Shown here piece after piece: positions 12,761-26,105 of a stretch of 64,000 bases of DNA. The stretch lies in assembly GCF_018977255.1 (NCBI RefSeq), contig NW_024704742.1, forward strand, positions 59,522,001-59,586,000, in the 5' to 3' direction. The notes beneath the pieces are model-generated. The model saw only the letters and a program-made list of their open reading frames with translations. It did not search any database and was not told where the DNA came from. Source of the DNA: Callorhinchus milii. Its lineage: Eukaryota. The first letter of the stretch is position 1. Each line of letters starts with the position of its first letter. Position numbers and translations under genes: made by a program.

Positions 12761-12942
12761 TATCAGGCTGGCGTGAGAAAAAAATAGTATTATTGGATTT
12801 GGGGAAAGAGCAGTGGAATTGAAATAAAGCACAGCACTTTCAGGGGGGAGCTTGCACCAGGATCTGTCGAACGGTCTTCTTCTGTGCTGTAAAATTTGTC
12901 TTATTTTATGATAATGCAATTGTATCAATTTTGACTTGGCTC

Positions 12943-13802
12943 AATTGGTATCTTTGTCATCTCTAAGTCAGAAGATTGTGGAGTTGAGCTGCTGGTCAGG
13001 ACTCACAGTCTAGATGACTTTCCAATGCAGTGCTGGAGGGATCTTGCATTGTCATCCTTTGGATGAGACACTAAACTGAGGGCCAATCTGCTTTTCAAGA
13101 TGGACATGAAAAACCCCATGAGAAAATTTGAAAAAGAAGGGAATTTTTCCCAATGCCATGGCCAACAATCCCTCAGATAAAAATTGATCATTCACTTTAT
13201 GGCAGTATGTAACATTTGATTTGCACAGAATACAATAAACTTTGGAGTAAATCCTATGAAGTGCATTGAGATGTCCTCTTAACATAAAATAGCTATGTGA
13301 GGATAATTATTATTTACTTTATGCTGGAGAAAGCTGGTAAGAGCCTTGGATGAGGGGAAAAAATGGCAAAAAATTGGTATCTTTGTCATCTCTAAGTCAG
13401 AAGATTGTGGAGTTGAGCTGCTGGTCAGGACTCACAGTCTAGATGACTTTCCAATGCAGTGCTGGAGGGATCTTGCATTGTCATCCTTTGGATGAGACAC
13501 TAAACTGAGGGCCAATCTGCTTTTCAAGATGGACATGAAAAACCCCATGAGAAAATTTGAAAAAAGAAGGGAATTTTTCCCAATGCCATGGCCAACAATC
13601 CCTCAGATAAAAATTGATCATTCACTTTATGGCAGTATGTAACATTTGATTTGCACAGAATACAACAAACTTTGGAGTAAATCCTATGAAGTGCATTGAG
13701 ATGTCCTCTTAACATAAAATAGCTATGTGAGGATAATTATTATTTACTTTATGCTGGAGAAAGCTGGTAAGAGCCTTGGATGAGGGGAAAAAATGGCAAA
13801 AA
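12943..13802. repeat. Head-to-tail tandem duplication, unit 429/430 bp, containing a Deu-domain SINE
   Basis: 12943-13371 and 13372-13802 are identical except one extra A in a homopolymer and tacaataaac vs tacaacaaac. Confidence 0.95.
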
Positions 13803-13906
13803 AACACTTTTTGTGTCTGAATTCTTGAGTCTGATAGCAGAAACTTCTGGAGAGTGTAACAATGCAATATAATGACTGTACTGTTGTGCCAGCGTGGAGT
13901 GGCCTT

Positions 13907-13987
13907 TCACTCACTCACTCACTCACTCACTCACTCACTCACTCACGCACGCACGCACGCACGCACGCACGCACTCACTCACTCACT
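13907..13987. repeat. Compound microsatellite (TCAC)n(GCAC)n(TCAC)n
   Basis: Read directly from the sequence. Confidence 0.97.
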
Positions 13988-14083
13988 TTCTATTGAAAGG
14001 CAATTGCAGTGTAGTTTTATTAAATTTGGTGGTCAGTCTGGAATGATAAGCAGATAAAACCTTGGTTGACCCTCTACACCAAA

Positions 14084-14396
14084 ATAATAATCAATAATAA
14101 TAATCCTTGCATTTGATATAGCGCTTTTCACGTCGGGAGGACGCCCCAGAACACACTGTAAAGTGAATTGACTGTATATTTGTGGGCGAACGCGGCAGCT
14201 AATTGCGCACAGCAATGTCCCACAAACGTGGATTGAAAATGACCAATTTATTATTGTTTTTTGGTTTTGGAGGGGTTATTATCAGGCTCTGTGTGGAGTA
14301 AGGAAACTTGCCCAAGGTTTCGCCCTGCCTGGAATTGAACCCAGGTCTCTCTCACTTGCAAAGCGAGTGCTCTAACCACTGAGCTACAGGACCTCC
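14084..14396 (-). mobile_element. Near full-length tRNA-headed SINE
   Basis: Reverse complement begins gtcctgtagctcagtggttagagcactcgctttgcaag; L2-type tail and (TTA)n; very similar to 60646-60966. Confidence 0.92.
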
Positions 14397-17300
14397 ACCT
14401 CTATTTTTACTGTTTGATATTAAAATACAGTAGTGAGAATTTGAATGTATTATATTTTACCTGCTCAGTTTAATGATAGAGACGGATTTTGGTAATTATA
14501 AATATTGATTGAAAATAATTGTTTGTGCTTTCACAAATCGCAGAAGTATTTCAGGCTGAAGAACAGCACATTTGGGTTCAATGGCACAGAGCTCTGGTTT
14601 TACCTACTCAGTAGTAATGTAAGTGGGTTCTGTAACCATGGTTGCATGGTCAAATTGCTGTTGAAAATGCTATATCGCTGGAGTATCAGACTCCAGTTAC
14701 CGGAACCATTTTTGATTTGCACGTCACTTGCAAAATTTTGTTTTGTTTTGTTTTCTTCCTTACATCTTTAAAATGAAAGCACAGAAGAGGTAGATATAAT
14801 GAGCCTAAATCCAGGCGTTGTGAGTTATTTCATGACTTACTCACTTCAGATCTGTTTGTGGGTCGTTGCTGTGTGCAAATAGGCTGTCGAGTTTCACCTA
14901 CAAATCCAGTCGTTGCTCCATAGCACATCATGTGAAGCAGTTTGAGATGTCCTCCTGAATTGAATGGTGCTTGTAAGATTATTCAATGCTCCAAGACACT
15001 ACCTGCCAGAAAAGGGAGCTATATAGATGCAAGTTGTTTTGTTATTTTTATTATTAATAATTGAGAAAGAAAATCAAGAACAGTGCTTTCAAATAATAGG
15101 TCAAGGCAGCAGAACAAGAGAGCACAGGTTCAGAGCTGTAAAGGGAAATTTCAGGACAGGCACCAGAAAATGTTTCTTTCACACACAGTGAGTAATTTAT
15201 GGGGTTGTCGTAAAGCATGTTTGAGGCTACGACAACTTGTAGACAATAACGCTTAACTTACAATAGATTCTACATGTAGAAAAAAACAATTCCTTGATAT
15301 CTCAGTTCCTTATAGAAAGTTGCATTTTTACCCCTGTGAAGTGTCTAAAACATAGCAATAGGAAATATTGCCATGTACATGATTTTTAAAAAATATTTCC
15401 TATGTTTTGGCCCAGAGCAGAGCAATCTGGAAATATAATTTCTTTATGCACTTTTGTCCGACCACATGAATGTTACATATGGCAGCTCATCCTGCATTGT
15501 TTTATTACTTACAGGGAAAAGTGGAGTCAGAAGAAAATATGACAGACAGAGGTCCAAATCGTCTGAAAATCAGTACTGAAAGGACAGAAAGGACATGAGA
15601 TCAACCCAGGAGAGAAAATAATACAGAATGAAAAATAAAAAAAGGAAATATAGAGGGCAGATCTAAATGAGAAATTCATGAATCAAATTGTGACCTCAAA
15701 TAAATAGTACAATGGACCCCAGGTACAAACACGGTATACATTTGGCCCTGCGGTACATAAAGCCCGGTCATCATTTTTCACTTGAGAGCATTTCAGATTT
15801 CAATCTGATTAAAACTAAAGTCATTGTAGCAAGGTTTCACCCGATAAATCCACAATTTTTCAACCTCAATTTTCACATTTGTAAGGAACATGTCAACAGG
15901 TTTATCAACTTCACTTTCTTGATTCCAGCATTTTTAGTGAATCAACTGTGACATTCAATCATTAAAACCGCGAGATGTGCCATCATTTCTTGAGCTGCAG
16001 AGAAAATGGAAATAAAATTGAACTGCTTAAAATAGGGATAAATAATTAAATGAACAAATGGGGACTATTTTCATGTCATTGCTGGATATTGGTTCACTTT
16101 ACTTTGTTTCTTTGTTTCATACTTTCAATGTTTCATTTGCAATATTTTATCAGCTAAGGGCACAAATCCGAATTACGCTATAACTGGTGCCAGTAGTGTT
16201 TTTTTTTGCATCAATCTATTTTTCTACAGAATATTAGTGGTTGAGTGATCTGGAAATTACAGTTCTGGTTTGCACAGATTTTGTCTTTCGCCATCTTTTA
16301 AAGGCTTGGATTTAAGACTTCCTCAAAAAACTCAATAGTTAAATGGAATGGTTTTAACCATTACAGATGAATATCTAGTTTATAATACTGTATGTGATTA
16401 AATATTATGCTCAAAGATACACTGAAGTATATTTCACATGATGAATTACTCTTGCTGGCATTTGAAATAAGCTCTGCTAACCAACTTTATTTTAATGTTA
16501 TTTCAGCTCTATTGTAACATTTAGTAACATAAAGAGTAATTTTCAGGGATATAGGGAAAAGAATAGTAAATGGGACTAAATTGATTGCTTTTCAATGAGC
16601 CAGTACAGGCATGATGGGCCAAATGGTCTTCTGTGCTGCAGGCACTATGAAACATTCTCCCAAAATGAAAAACACTATTATAAATGTAAATTGTGTTGTA
16701 AATTTCTATGATTCTATGATTCTAAAAGATCTTGAATTGCTGACAAATTTAAAAAGGTCAATTTTGAATAGAGATTGAATCAACTCAAAGAACAGTCTCA
16801 ATGAAGAGACACTAGTGAACCTGATTATGAAGAGATGGGGAAACAATTTGGGAGGGGGGATAGTGCAAAGAAGATACTCAGTATCGTCAGACAGTATCAA
16901 TGGAGTAAGAAGTCTGGAAAGGAGATCCATGATTTAAAGAGAACCCAAATACAAGAGATAAATATTGCTGTAAAGTAGGATCAATGGGTAAACACATGAA
17001 AAATAACCAATCTAGCTGTAAAAGATGAATACGCAGTCCTGGCATGAACAAATGTTAACACAAATCTAAAAAGTTACTAGCAGTGAAAATAGCAAATGAT
17101 GTGAATGATGTTGCATATAAGATAAGAGTAAAAGTGCCTCAGATAGAAAGTTTCATGAGAAAGTTATCATCCCTCACAATTTACCCTCACTTAGTTATCA
17201 CAATAGATTTATAGGACACAGAACATACCAAGTTGTGAAGTCTCAGAGCTTAATTGTTCAGGTGGAAAGGAAAATTGGAGCTCAGTCCTCCACTCACCCA

Positions 17301-19004
17301 TACACACACTCTCCTCCCATTACCCGGGTTGAGATAAACATTAAGACCTTCTAATTCTGCACTGCTCACTTTTTACACCTGATGGTGCCTTCATCAACTC
17401 AGCGAATGCAGGAACTTGTGAAAGTTTTCGAACGCATTACAAAGGAACACAAATAATCTGCTTTGACTTGTAATCAAATCCTCTCAGGACATTACCTACA
17501 AAGTACAGAATCATGTCTTATGTTTCAATGAAGTATTTATTGTGGCAGTAACTGGCTTACAGTTGCAGAATGAAATAGCAGAAGGAGAAAGAAGCATCAT
17601 CTCTTCTGAAAAATCTACTGGCAAAAATGAAACGATTTGGCATTGACAGAACAGCTGTGTCTGCCTTGTTTTTGCCTCAGCAGAGATGTGCTCACTCACA
17701 TATGTCATCAGTTGCACACAGCTCTGGTATCACGCTGTGTGATTGCCACTATGTTACCTCTACTTGTGAAGGTCAGTGAAGCCCTGAATTTCAATGCCAC
17801 TGGCTGCTTCCAGAATCAAGGGAGAGATTATGCAGACAGGCATCTCAGTGCATGACGCTGACTGCCTTCAGGAGCTCACAGATGCACTGCTAATGAAGGT
17901 TTCCAAGTGCATCTAGTTCTTGAAAGGTGAGGAGCGGCATGTAACCACTTGATAAAGGTGAGTTACCCTACTGCTTTCCAAGTGTTAGCTGCACACCTTC
18001 ATATAAAGTGCTTGCCTCCCCGTACAGAAAAAAGATCCCATTCTGTGAACATATGAATGATTTGTTATGTGCAAGATGTCATAACCCATGCCTTTAAATC
18101 AACCACCCAGAGTCAACTGCATGACTACTTGTGTCCCAATTCATTCTATAGGGAGACTAGAAACATAGGAACAGGACTTCATGGAGACAATATAGAGAGT
18201 CACATACATAGCAGTAAGTCATAGCTGATGTTTCATTACACGAATCATAAACCTTGCTCAAGATACAAGCCTCATAAGATAATTGCGCTATGGTCCAACC
18301 CATAAGTTATGGCCATGAAGGAAAGGTTGAGAGTGGATTGAATTGTAGACTGTTTCGGCTTATCTAACAAAACATTTGTGCTGATTCCAGAAAGAACTGG
18401 GCGACATGATTTAAAAGCTTAAGAAACATATAACGCTAAATGCAATTTGACGAATGAGTACTTTATACACTGTTAAAACTGTTGTTTCCCCATTTAGTTT
18501 TGAATGCTTTCATTGAGTGTTCCTTCATTGCACCCGACCCGGTCTAATGTATGATCATTTCTAATGAGATTCCTTAAGGAAACTGGAAATATGTCACAGT
18601 ACCTAATGGAAACTGAAGCAATCTACTTTTGGAGAAAACTATTGAGTGAGTCAGCGTCACATGCAGAGTTACGTGCAGTACCTAGGTTCAATCTGACCAG
18701 AGCACTCTACAGCTAGAGCAGGCCTTATAAAGACTTGAACGTAACTATGTCCTGGTCTTTATGATACAATCATGTTGTAACCAACATGCTGAGCTGGATA
18801 AACTTAAGGGTCATTATTGTTGATATCATGTTTTCCTGTATCCTATTTTCCCTTTATTATTGTTTTGTTTCGCTTTCAATTTAGTTCAACCAGCTCATCA
18901 ATCCTACTCTGACGTTTTACTAGTTTGTGGCAGCTCTTTCTTCTTCCATTTTGTACTTTATATTCTTACATCCTGCATTACCCTGGATGATATTATCCAT
19001 ATTA

Positions 19005-19445
19005 GGTGTCAGCCTGCCTAAGTTGGTAACAATCTTGCCCCTGACTCAGAAAGTTGTGGGTTCAAGCCCAAAGCCGAGACTTTGAACTCACAGTCTAGGC
19101 TGACTCCAATGCATTACCGATGGTCGCTGCAGTGTTGGAGGTGCCATCTATTGAATGGAATGAAATGTTAAAACAAGCTCCCGTCTACCTGTTCAGGTAG
19201 ATGTTAAAGGTCCCATGCTGCTATTCAAAAGGAGTAGGGATTTTCTTCCTTATGCTCCTGACAATCCACTAAATAAAATTGAACATTCACTTCATGGCTG
19301 TTTGTGAGAAATTTTTTTCTGCAAATTGGCTGCCATGTTCACCTATGAATACATGGTCACTGCACTTCACAGTACAATCCCATGAAATGCTTTGAGGCAT
19401 CTCAATGTGATACAGAACTATATCAAATGCAACAATTATAATCTT
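19005..19445 (+). mobile_element. Older Deu-domain SINE (SacSINE1/AmnSINE1-like), near full length
   Basis: tRNA-like head (gttggtaac...cagaaagttgtgggttcaagccc), Deu-like core (gttggaggtgcc...aaatgttaaaac...ctacctgttcaggtagatgttaaaggtcccatg) and L2-type tail. Family name recalled from memory. Confidence 0.75.
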
Positions 19446-19824
19446 TACTTTCATTGTATCTGTCACCTCTCTATTTAAGCACTCTGGAGGGTGATGTACT
19501 CAACACTCACAAGCCATTGCATGAAGAAACATTTTATTGATCGACTGTTATCCTTTTCAACTCCATTTTTGAAATTCCGACCTTTGTTCTCCATTACCCT
19601 ATGAGTGAGAAGAATTGCTTCCCAGTCAATCAGCCATGCCAATTCTCTTCATTATTTAAACAATTCAAGCAGATCATAAAGAGAATCTTTCTAGCTTCAG
19701 AAAAACATAGTACAGATGTGGTGCTCAAGCTGGATTGTCACGCATATTTTCATGCAAAAGGAAACACTGATTCATAGAGCTGAGTTCTTCTGTTTGGTGT
19801 GCAATACAGGAACTGAAGTCAAAA

Positions 19825-20775
19825 ACAATAACAACAACAAAATTACACTTGTATAGCACCCTTCATGTAGGAAAGACATCCCAGGGCACTGGACAATCAG
19901 GGGTTTTGGACCTGAGCTGGGAGTTGGGCTCAAAAGGAGAGCAGGACAAAGGTGGGGGGGCGTGGTGGGAGGGTGGCTGAAGAGGAAGGTCTTCAGATGG
20001 GACTTGACTTGCTGCTATGGGGTTATGAGGTTGGAGAGGTAGGGAGGAACAAGATCGTGGAGGGCCTTGAAAGTAAGAATGAGGGTTTTGTTCTCGATTC
20101 TCTGAGGAATGGGCAGCCAGAGAAAGCCGGGCAAGAACGGGGTTGATAGGTTCCCGGAGCCTGGTGCAGGAGAGGACATGAACTGTAGTTCTGAATAATC
20201 TGCAGCTTGTGGAGGGAAGAGTTGGGAAGTCGAGTAAGCAGGCAGTAAGCGTAGTCAAGCCAGGACGTAATGAAAGCACAGGGGCTTGTGGTGAGAGGCA
20301 GCGGTGGAGGCGGGCAATGTTACAGACATGTAGAAAGGCGGAAAGAGTCACGAATGTGGGGTTTGGAGGATAGCTGAGGGTCGAAAAGGACACCAAGGTT
20401 TCGGAATGGCTCGGTGAGGTGAAGAGTGCTGCCATGGATGCTGATAATGTCAGCAGCTGAGGTGAGAAGGCGCTGCCGGGAGCCAAGCATGTGAGCCTCT
20501 GTCTTGCCAACATTGAGCTGGAGGAAGTTGGCTCTCGTCCAGGACTTGATGTCAGATAGACAATTAGTCAGGACATCAATGATCTTGGAGTTGAGGGTGG
20601 GGGCGGCGAGATAGAGTTGGGTGTCATTCGCATACATGTGGAAATTGACCCCATGCCCGCAGGTGACATCGCCGAGCAGGAGCACGTATAGATTGAAGAG
20701 GAGGGGACCGAGGATAGAGCCCTGAGGGCCACATGTGACGGTGCGGGGCTGGAGGAGAAGTCATTGTTGGCCACG
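19825..20775 (-). mobile_element. 5'-truncated L2 LINE (RT to tail)
   Basis: ORF 20320..20685: [16 protein letters not shown]...CLSDIKSW..ANFLQLNVGKTE...RNLGVLFDPQLS; (TTG)n tail near 19825-19840. Confidence 0.93.
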
Positions 20776-21358
20776 AAGTGCAGAGTGGGAAATGTAGGAT
20801 TGAAAGTTGAGCTGAATTACATTCAGCAGAACATCCCAGGCATAAATTCCTTTTCACATTCAGCAGTTATTGATGCAATAATAGTAATAATAATATTAAT
20901 AATAATAATCATCATCATCATAACAATCCTTGCGTTTTATATGGCAACTGACCAAGTCTTCGAAAAATCTCAAAGCGCTTTGCAGGACTTCACTGTAACA
21001 TGTAGTGACTGTATTTTTTGGAAAACTCCACTTGCTGCTTTGCCACTGCAGGATTCTGTACGCTGCCCGGGTTCAGAGCAGAAACAATTAAGTTTAATAG
21101 GTTTTAATGACTGCATTGGTAAATTAAGCTCTTGCATATGTTACTATGTTGTTGTGATATGGTATGTGATACCTTCTCTGGGGGAAGGTTAAAAACACAG
21201 TAGGCAGTATAACATTGATGGGGATAGCAAGCAGCAGGTAGTATAATTTTAGAAGTCATGTAGTAGATATTTATGCAAGGCATATCTATAATTAACCAGT
21301 CTTTTAAGAACATTTAATGACTGATTTTAATGTTCAGTTTGGGACTGAACATCCAACA

Positions 21359-21401
21359 ACCCCCCCCCACACACACACACGCACACACACACGCACACAC
21401 A
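21359..21401. repeat. C-run plus (CA)n microsatellite
   Basis: Read directly from the sequence. Confidence 0.9.
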
Positions 21402-22814
21402 CAGACTTTAAAAGAATGGCTCCTCCCTCAGCCTTCTCACAATCATTTTGACCACTTTTCATTTTCAGTGCGAAATTACCTTTTTGGTTTCAAGCAACAA
21501 GAACAGCTTTTCAACCTTAATATATTAAAGATAAAAATAAATTTTAGCCCAATATCTGGCAAAGAAGCACAAAACATGCAAGTCTTCTTGAGCCATATCT
21601 CAAAGAATGGGTAAGCAAAATATGGTATGCTTTTGAAAGTATGGAGAACATTGTAAAACACTGTTGACACTTTTTTCCCTGTCCTATCATTCTGGTCCCA
21701 GAGCTGGTTGTCCCCCTTTGTAAGACAACAAAGTTGCTCTCTTCATCCCAATTTCCCAAACCTGCCAATCTAAGCCAATCAGCTCCATTTTTGATTCAGA
21801 GACGAACATAGGGGATTGTTCCCTTAACCCGTATTTCCCTAAACTGCTGTGTAAACTAACAAGCTCTACTGTTTTCCCTGAGAGGATTTTTGTTTGATGC
21901 AGACAAGAGGAAAATATTAGTTCAGTGTTATTCACTTTGAATTTGAGTACTTTTCAGTTTTATCAATAATAATTATAATCCTTGCATTTGATACAGTACC
22001 TTACGTCAAGCAGACAGACAAAGGACTTCACAGGACTTACTGTAGATCCCAAACCCGCATCGCTCGGGTCCTAATTCCTAATCCCTGACTGTTCAGTGCC
22101 TTGGGAAGTCCTCCCGTCGCTTTACAAATATAATCTTGTATTGTATTTATCAAAAAATAATAGTTCCAAAGTTCCATTTTAACCTTGCAGATTAGTTAAT
22201 TCTTCTTATGAAAGAAAGCAATGATCTGTAAAATAATGTTAGGAACCTTGAGGCATGCTACTTGCCCATCTAGGAAATGTATGGTATTACTGCTGGTGTT
22301 CATGTTCACTATGCTCACTGGAACATACATGGGTTGAACAAATGCTCTCAGGTAAAACGACAGAGATGAATAACTCATCACGGAGGAAAAAAGTGCCTTA
22401 GGTTTAAATTGAAGACTTGCAGGGAATCCGTTGAATGTTACACTGACCCAGAACCATTTCAGAACTGCCTTCTCATGGGTCAGTGTAGGAGTTCCCTGTA
22501 GGAGACACGCATTACATACTGAAGCTACGTGTTCTAGTGCGAGGCATTAACTTCGCTGATATTGCTGCTTAAAAACTCAAGAATATAAACAAGACTTATA
22601 TGTGGTATAATTTGTAATATTCGCAATCTGGATTTGTTGCAACTTACTGCTTGAGCAAAAATGCAAACCAGAAGTTGCTATTATTGCAACAATTCTGGTT
22701 TGCGAATACTGCAAATTAAACTCCATAGAATCATAGAAATATACAGCATAGAGGCTTACTAAGCTCATCAAGTCTTTGCTGACTCTCTCAAACAGCAATC
22801 CATTAGTTCCATTT

Positions 22815-23200
22815 ACGACGACAACAACTTGCATTTATATAGCGCCCCTCACACAGGGTAGCATCCATGAGCGCTTGACAGTGGCGGAGCATGACGCCAA
22901 GTTGGGGGAAAGTGGCCGGAGGCACAGTCGAAGAGGAAGATCTTCAGGTGCGACTTGAAGATGGGGAAGGAAGCGACAAGGCACAGGGATAGAGTAACAG
23001 TGTTCCAGAGTTTCAGGTCATAGTGGCTGAAAGCACAGCCACCGATGGTGGAACTGAGGGCATGAGGGACGTGCAGGCAGCGGAACCAGTTGAGCGAAGG
23101 CAGAGGGTTGGGGGGAAAGCAGGTCCGAGAGATTGGGAGATGCCAGGGCATGAAGGGATTTTGAAAACGCATGTGAGGATCTTGAAATCGATCCATTCAG
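22815..23200 (-). mobile_element. L2 3' fragment
   Basis: ORF 22849..23196: TIGGCAFSHY..KLWN...FKSHLKIFLFD; tail at 22815-22875. Confidence 0.85.
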
Positions 23201-23449
23201 CAATGGTGTAGCCTGACTAGAGCTGGTATGATGGGGCAGGGAAAAGGCATTTATCTGCCTTTTCCTTGTATCTCTGCAAATGATTTATTTTTAAATATCT
23301 AATTTTTCTTGAAAGCTAAATTACTGTTTGCAATTGTTATTACTAGCATAATTAGCAATAATAATAATAGTCCTTGCATTTAATTTGGCCCCTTTCACAT
23401 CAGGAGGATGATACAAAGTGATTCACAGGATATAAATGACGCTGGACCT

Positions 23450-23612
23450 CAGTCACTATTTCATCTGAAGGACGGCTCTCCAACAATGCAGGAAACCCTG
23501 AGCACTGCATTGGAGTGTCAGCTTAAACACTATCATTTCAAAGTTCCAACATGGGGGCTTCAACCCACAACCTTCTGACTCAGAGGCAAGAATGCTATCA
23601 ATTGAGCCAGAC
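23450..23612 (-). mobile_element. Deu-domain SINE 5' part
   Basis: ttcatctgaaggacggctctccaacaatgcagg...gcactgcattggagtgtcagc...caacccacaaccttctgactcagaggcaagaatgctatcaattgagcca. Confidence 0.75.
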
Positions 23613-25699
23613 TGCGACACAGAAACAATTAGACCGAATGTTTGAGATATATCAATCAAAATAGTTGTAAATCGTGCGGTAAAATCATGGTAAAGAGGAA
23701 AGATGTGGAGGAAAAGAAATAAAAGAATATATAATCACCTTAAGTAACCTTTCCTTTCCTCTTCACCTCAACAGTACGCTGCGGTTCTCTCTGTGTGAGA
23801 TGCCATTTCTGAAGAATGGAACATTGGTTTCTCCATATCCTCAGAGTCAGCATAAAGCACTGAGATAAGCAATGTAATCTATACAACTGCAAAGTATGAT
23901 TTTTCACTCTATTCACAATTCAATATCTTTTGTACCCTAACAGCACTTTTTCCCTGGTATTGTAGTTATTATACACAAAGAGCCAAAAAATACACTGTTA
24001 GACAATCTGACCAAAATATATGTCTTGAATATATAATGCAAGTTAATTGCTTATTAACATTGTTAATGTTGAATCTCAAAAACCTTCAATGAATGTAATC
24101 CATTCACTGCTGGTAACTACAGTACTTCACACTGAAAGCAGTGATTTAATACTATTAAAGAAATTTTCCTTCTTGTGTTACAGAATAATCACAAAAATCA
24201 ATAAAAGTCCCTGGAAACAATGATGGAAGAAACCTCAAATCATAGAATCTTGCTTATTTTTATAAGGTAGTGCAAACAATCTACTTTCACCTCTTACAAT
24301 GCTGATTGAAATCAGTTTTTCTTTTCATGCGTACAAGGAGTGTGCAGCAGTACATTTGAAGGTTTTTACCCACATGCACTGGCATTAGATATCTGTTATA
24401 TTGCTAAGTGTATTGCTCCTCAGCTTTATTGCTGCACATTCATAACCATTAAAAACATTGAATTGCATTTCTGTTACAGGAAATTCCTCAGTGAATCTTT
24501 CTATTGCATTCCTGTGGAGCTTGTGTACTATTTATAGACTCGGTGGAGCATGCAAACTTCCCGTCACTAGGGCCAACAAGACCATTTTACATATGCATTC
24601 CAATGCACTTTTGGTATCACTCAAAGAGGTTCAGTGCAATTTGATCTAATTAAATATTTTTGCATTTAGTAAATTCACACGAGATGGTGCAGGGCTGGAT
24701 GAGAAGCCGTTTGTGGGGATGAAGTGGAGACGGTGTGAGAGGTAGGATCTGAACCATTCAAGGACAGAACCATGAAAGTATATTCCAATATAACAACCTT
24801 CACTTCTTCAAGGGGCTGTTCTGAGAGGATAAGATCAGACGGGCTGAAGGGTCTTCTTTGTCCAAACCGATCTTGTTATCGCTATCTAATCTCATTTTGT
24901 AATGTTCTTTAGAATGTTTCTCCCAATGTGAAAGATGCTGTATGAATGTAAGTTGTTTATTTATCATCATGTGATATGGCTTTCTGCTCTTGGTGTGGTC
25001 CTGTCCTGGTTGATAAAGCCCTCTGGGACTCTAATCCGCATGACAGGCACTATATAAATGCAAATTACTGTTGTTGTTCATAACATAAGGCAGATAAATA
25101 TTCCGCCCCCTCCAGCCCACCCCACACTCCTGCGTGCATGAGAATGGATTGGGACAAAAGCTGTGAAAGTCATTGAGCTGGCCTGTTGGGGCTTTGAACC
25201 TGATGCCACATGAATTTCAGAATCACTTTGTTCTAAAATATCATCTTAACTCAAATCTCAAAGTTGAATTAAAGCAGTATTCCATAGTCCAGTTCTGAAT
25301 TGCAGCTTCAAAAGCCCCACAGGCTGGGAAGCACTCTTTCCCTGTAAGAAACAATGTCTACTTTAATGCACTTTATTGAATCTACTTCCTGCCCCAGGCC
25401 ACAATAATATGTTATCCGGTGGGGTTGGTCAAATCCTGCCACCTCAATGAAACTATTTATATTAATTTTCCACAATTTTCTTTTTTAGTACACCATAAAG
25501 ATCATCTCTATATTTTGCTTTTACGATTTAAAGAAGAAAATTCCAGCAACCTTAACATCTTTACATCCTCTGACAGAATATGAAACGATATTTGCTGGAC
25601 TGGACGAAGAACACATTTCACGGTCTTTCGAAAGATCTATCCTGGAAATGATTATTATAGCAAAAAAAATTATCACACCCAAAATTTGTCACTTCAGAT

Positions 25700-26105
25700 A
25701 TGTTAAATCGATTGACTGTAAGATCATCTCATTTGTTTTCAAATCCCTTGATGCTCTCGCACCTCCCTACCTATCCGATCTGCTTATCCCCCATGCCACC
25801 ATCAGCTACCTCTGCTCAGCTGGCTCCAGCCTCCTGTTTGTCCCTCTCCCTCTCCGCTCCACCATCAGTGGCCGTGTCATCAGCCACTACACCCGGAAGC
25901 TATTGAACTCTCTCCCCCAATCCCTCCACCTTGTCCCTCCGGCCCCACTTTCAAATGCTGCCTAAAGACATCCCTTTTTGATCATGCTTACGGTTACCTC
26001 TCCCTTCCCTTTCCCCCTGACTCGGGGGTCAGACTCCGCCACTATCAAGCACTCCAGGATGCTACTGCACATGAAAGATGCAATATAAATGCAAGTCGTT
26101 GTTGT
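25700..26105 (+). mobile_element. L2 3' fragment
   Basis: ORF 25648..25965: FKSLDALAPPYLSDLL...KLLNSLP; tail ends gcaagtcgttgttgtt. Confidence 0.85.

Noticed and set aside
13907..13987. CRISPR-like or coding repeat
   Set aside because: Simple tetranucleotide microsatellite in eukaryotic DNA; no repeat-spacer structure anywhere in the window.
15511..15573. Minus-strand 63-nt exon candidate containing FRRFGPLSV (CPEB-like words)
   Set aside because: Similarity is limited to a few residues and the flanks do not match a CPEB RRM; likely chance.
20764..21192. 142-aa ORF with poly-Ile stretch
   Set aside because: The hydrophobic run is the (AAT/ATC)n tail of a reverse-strand SINE.
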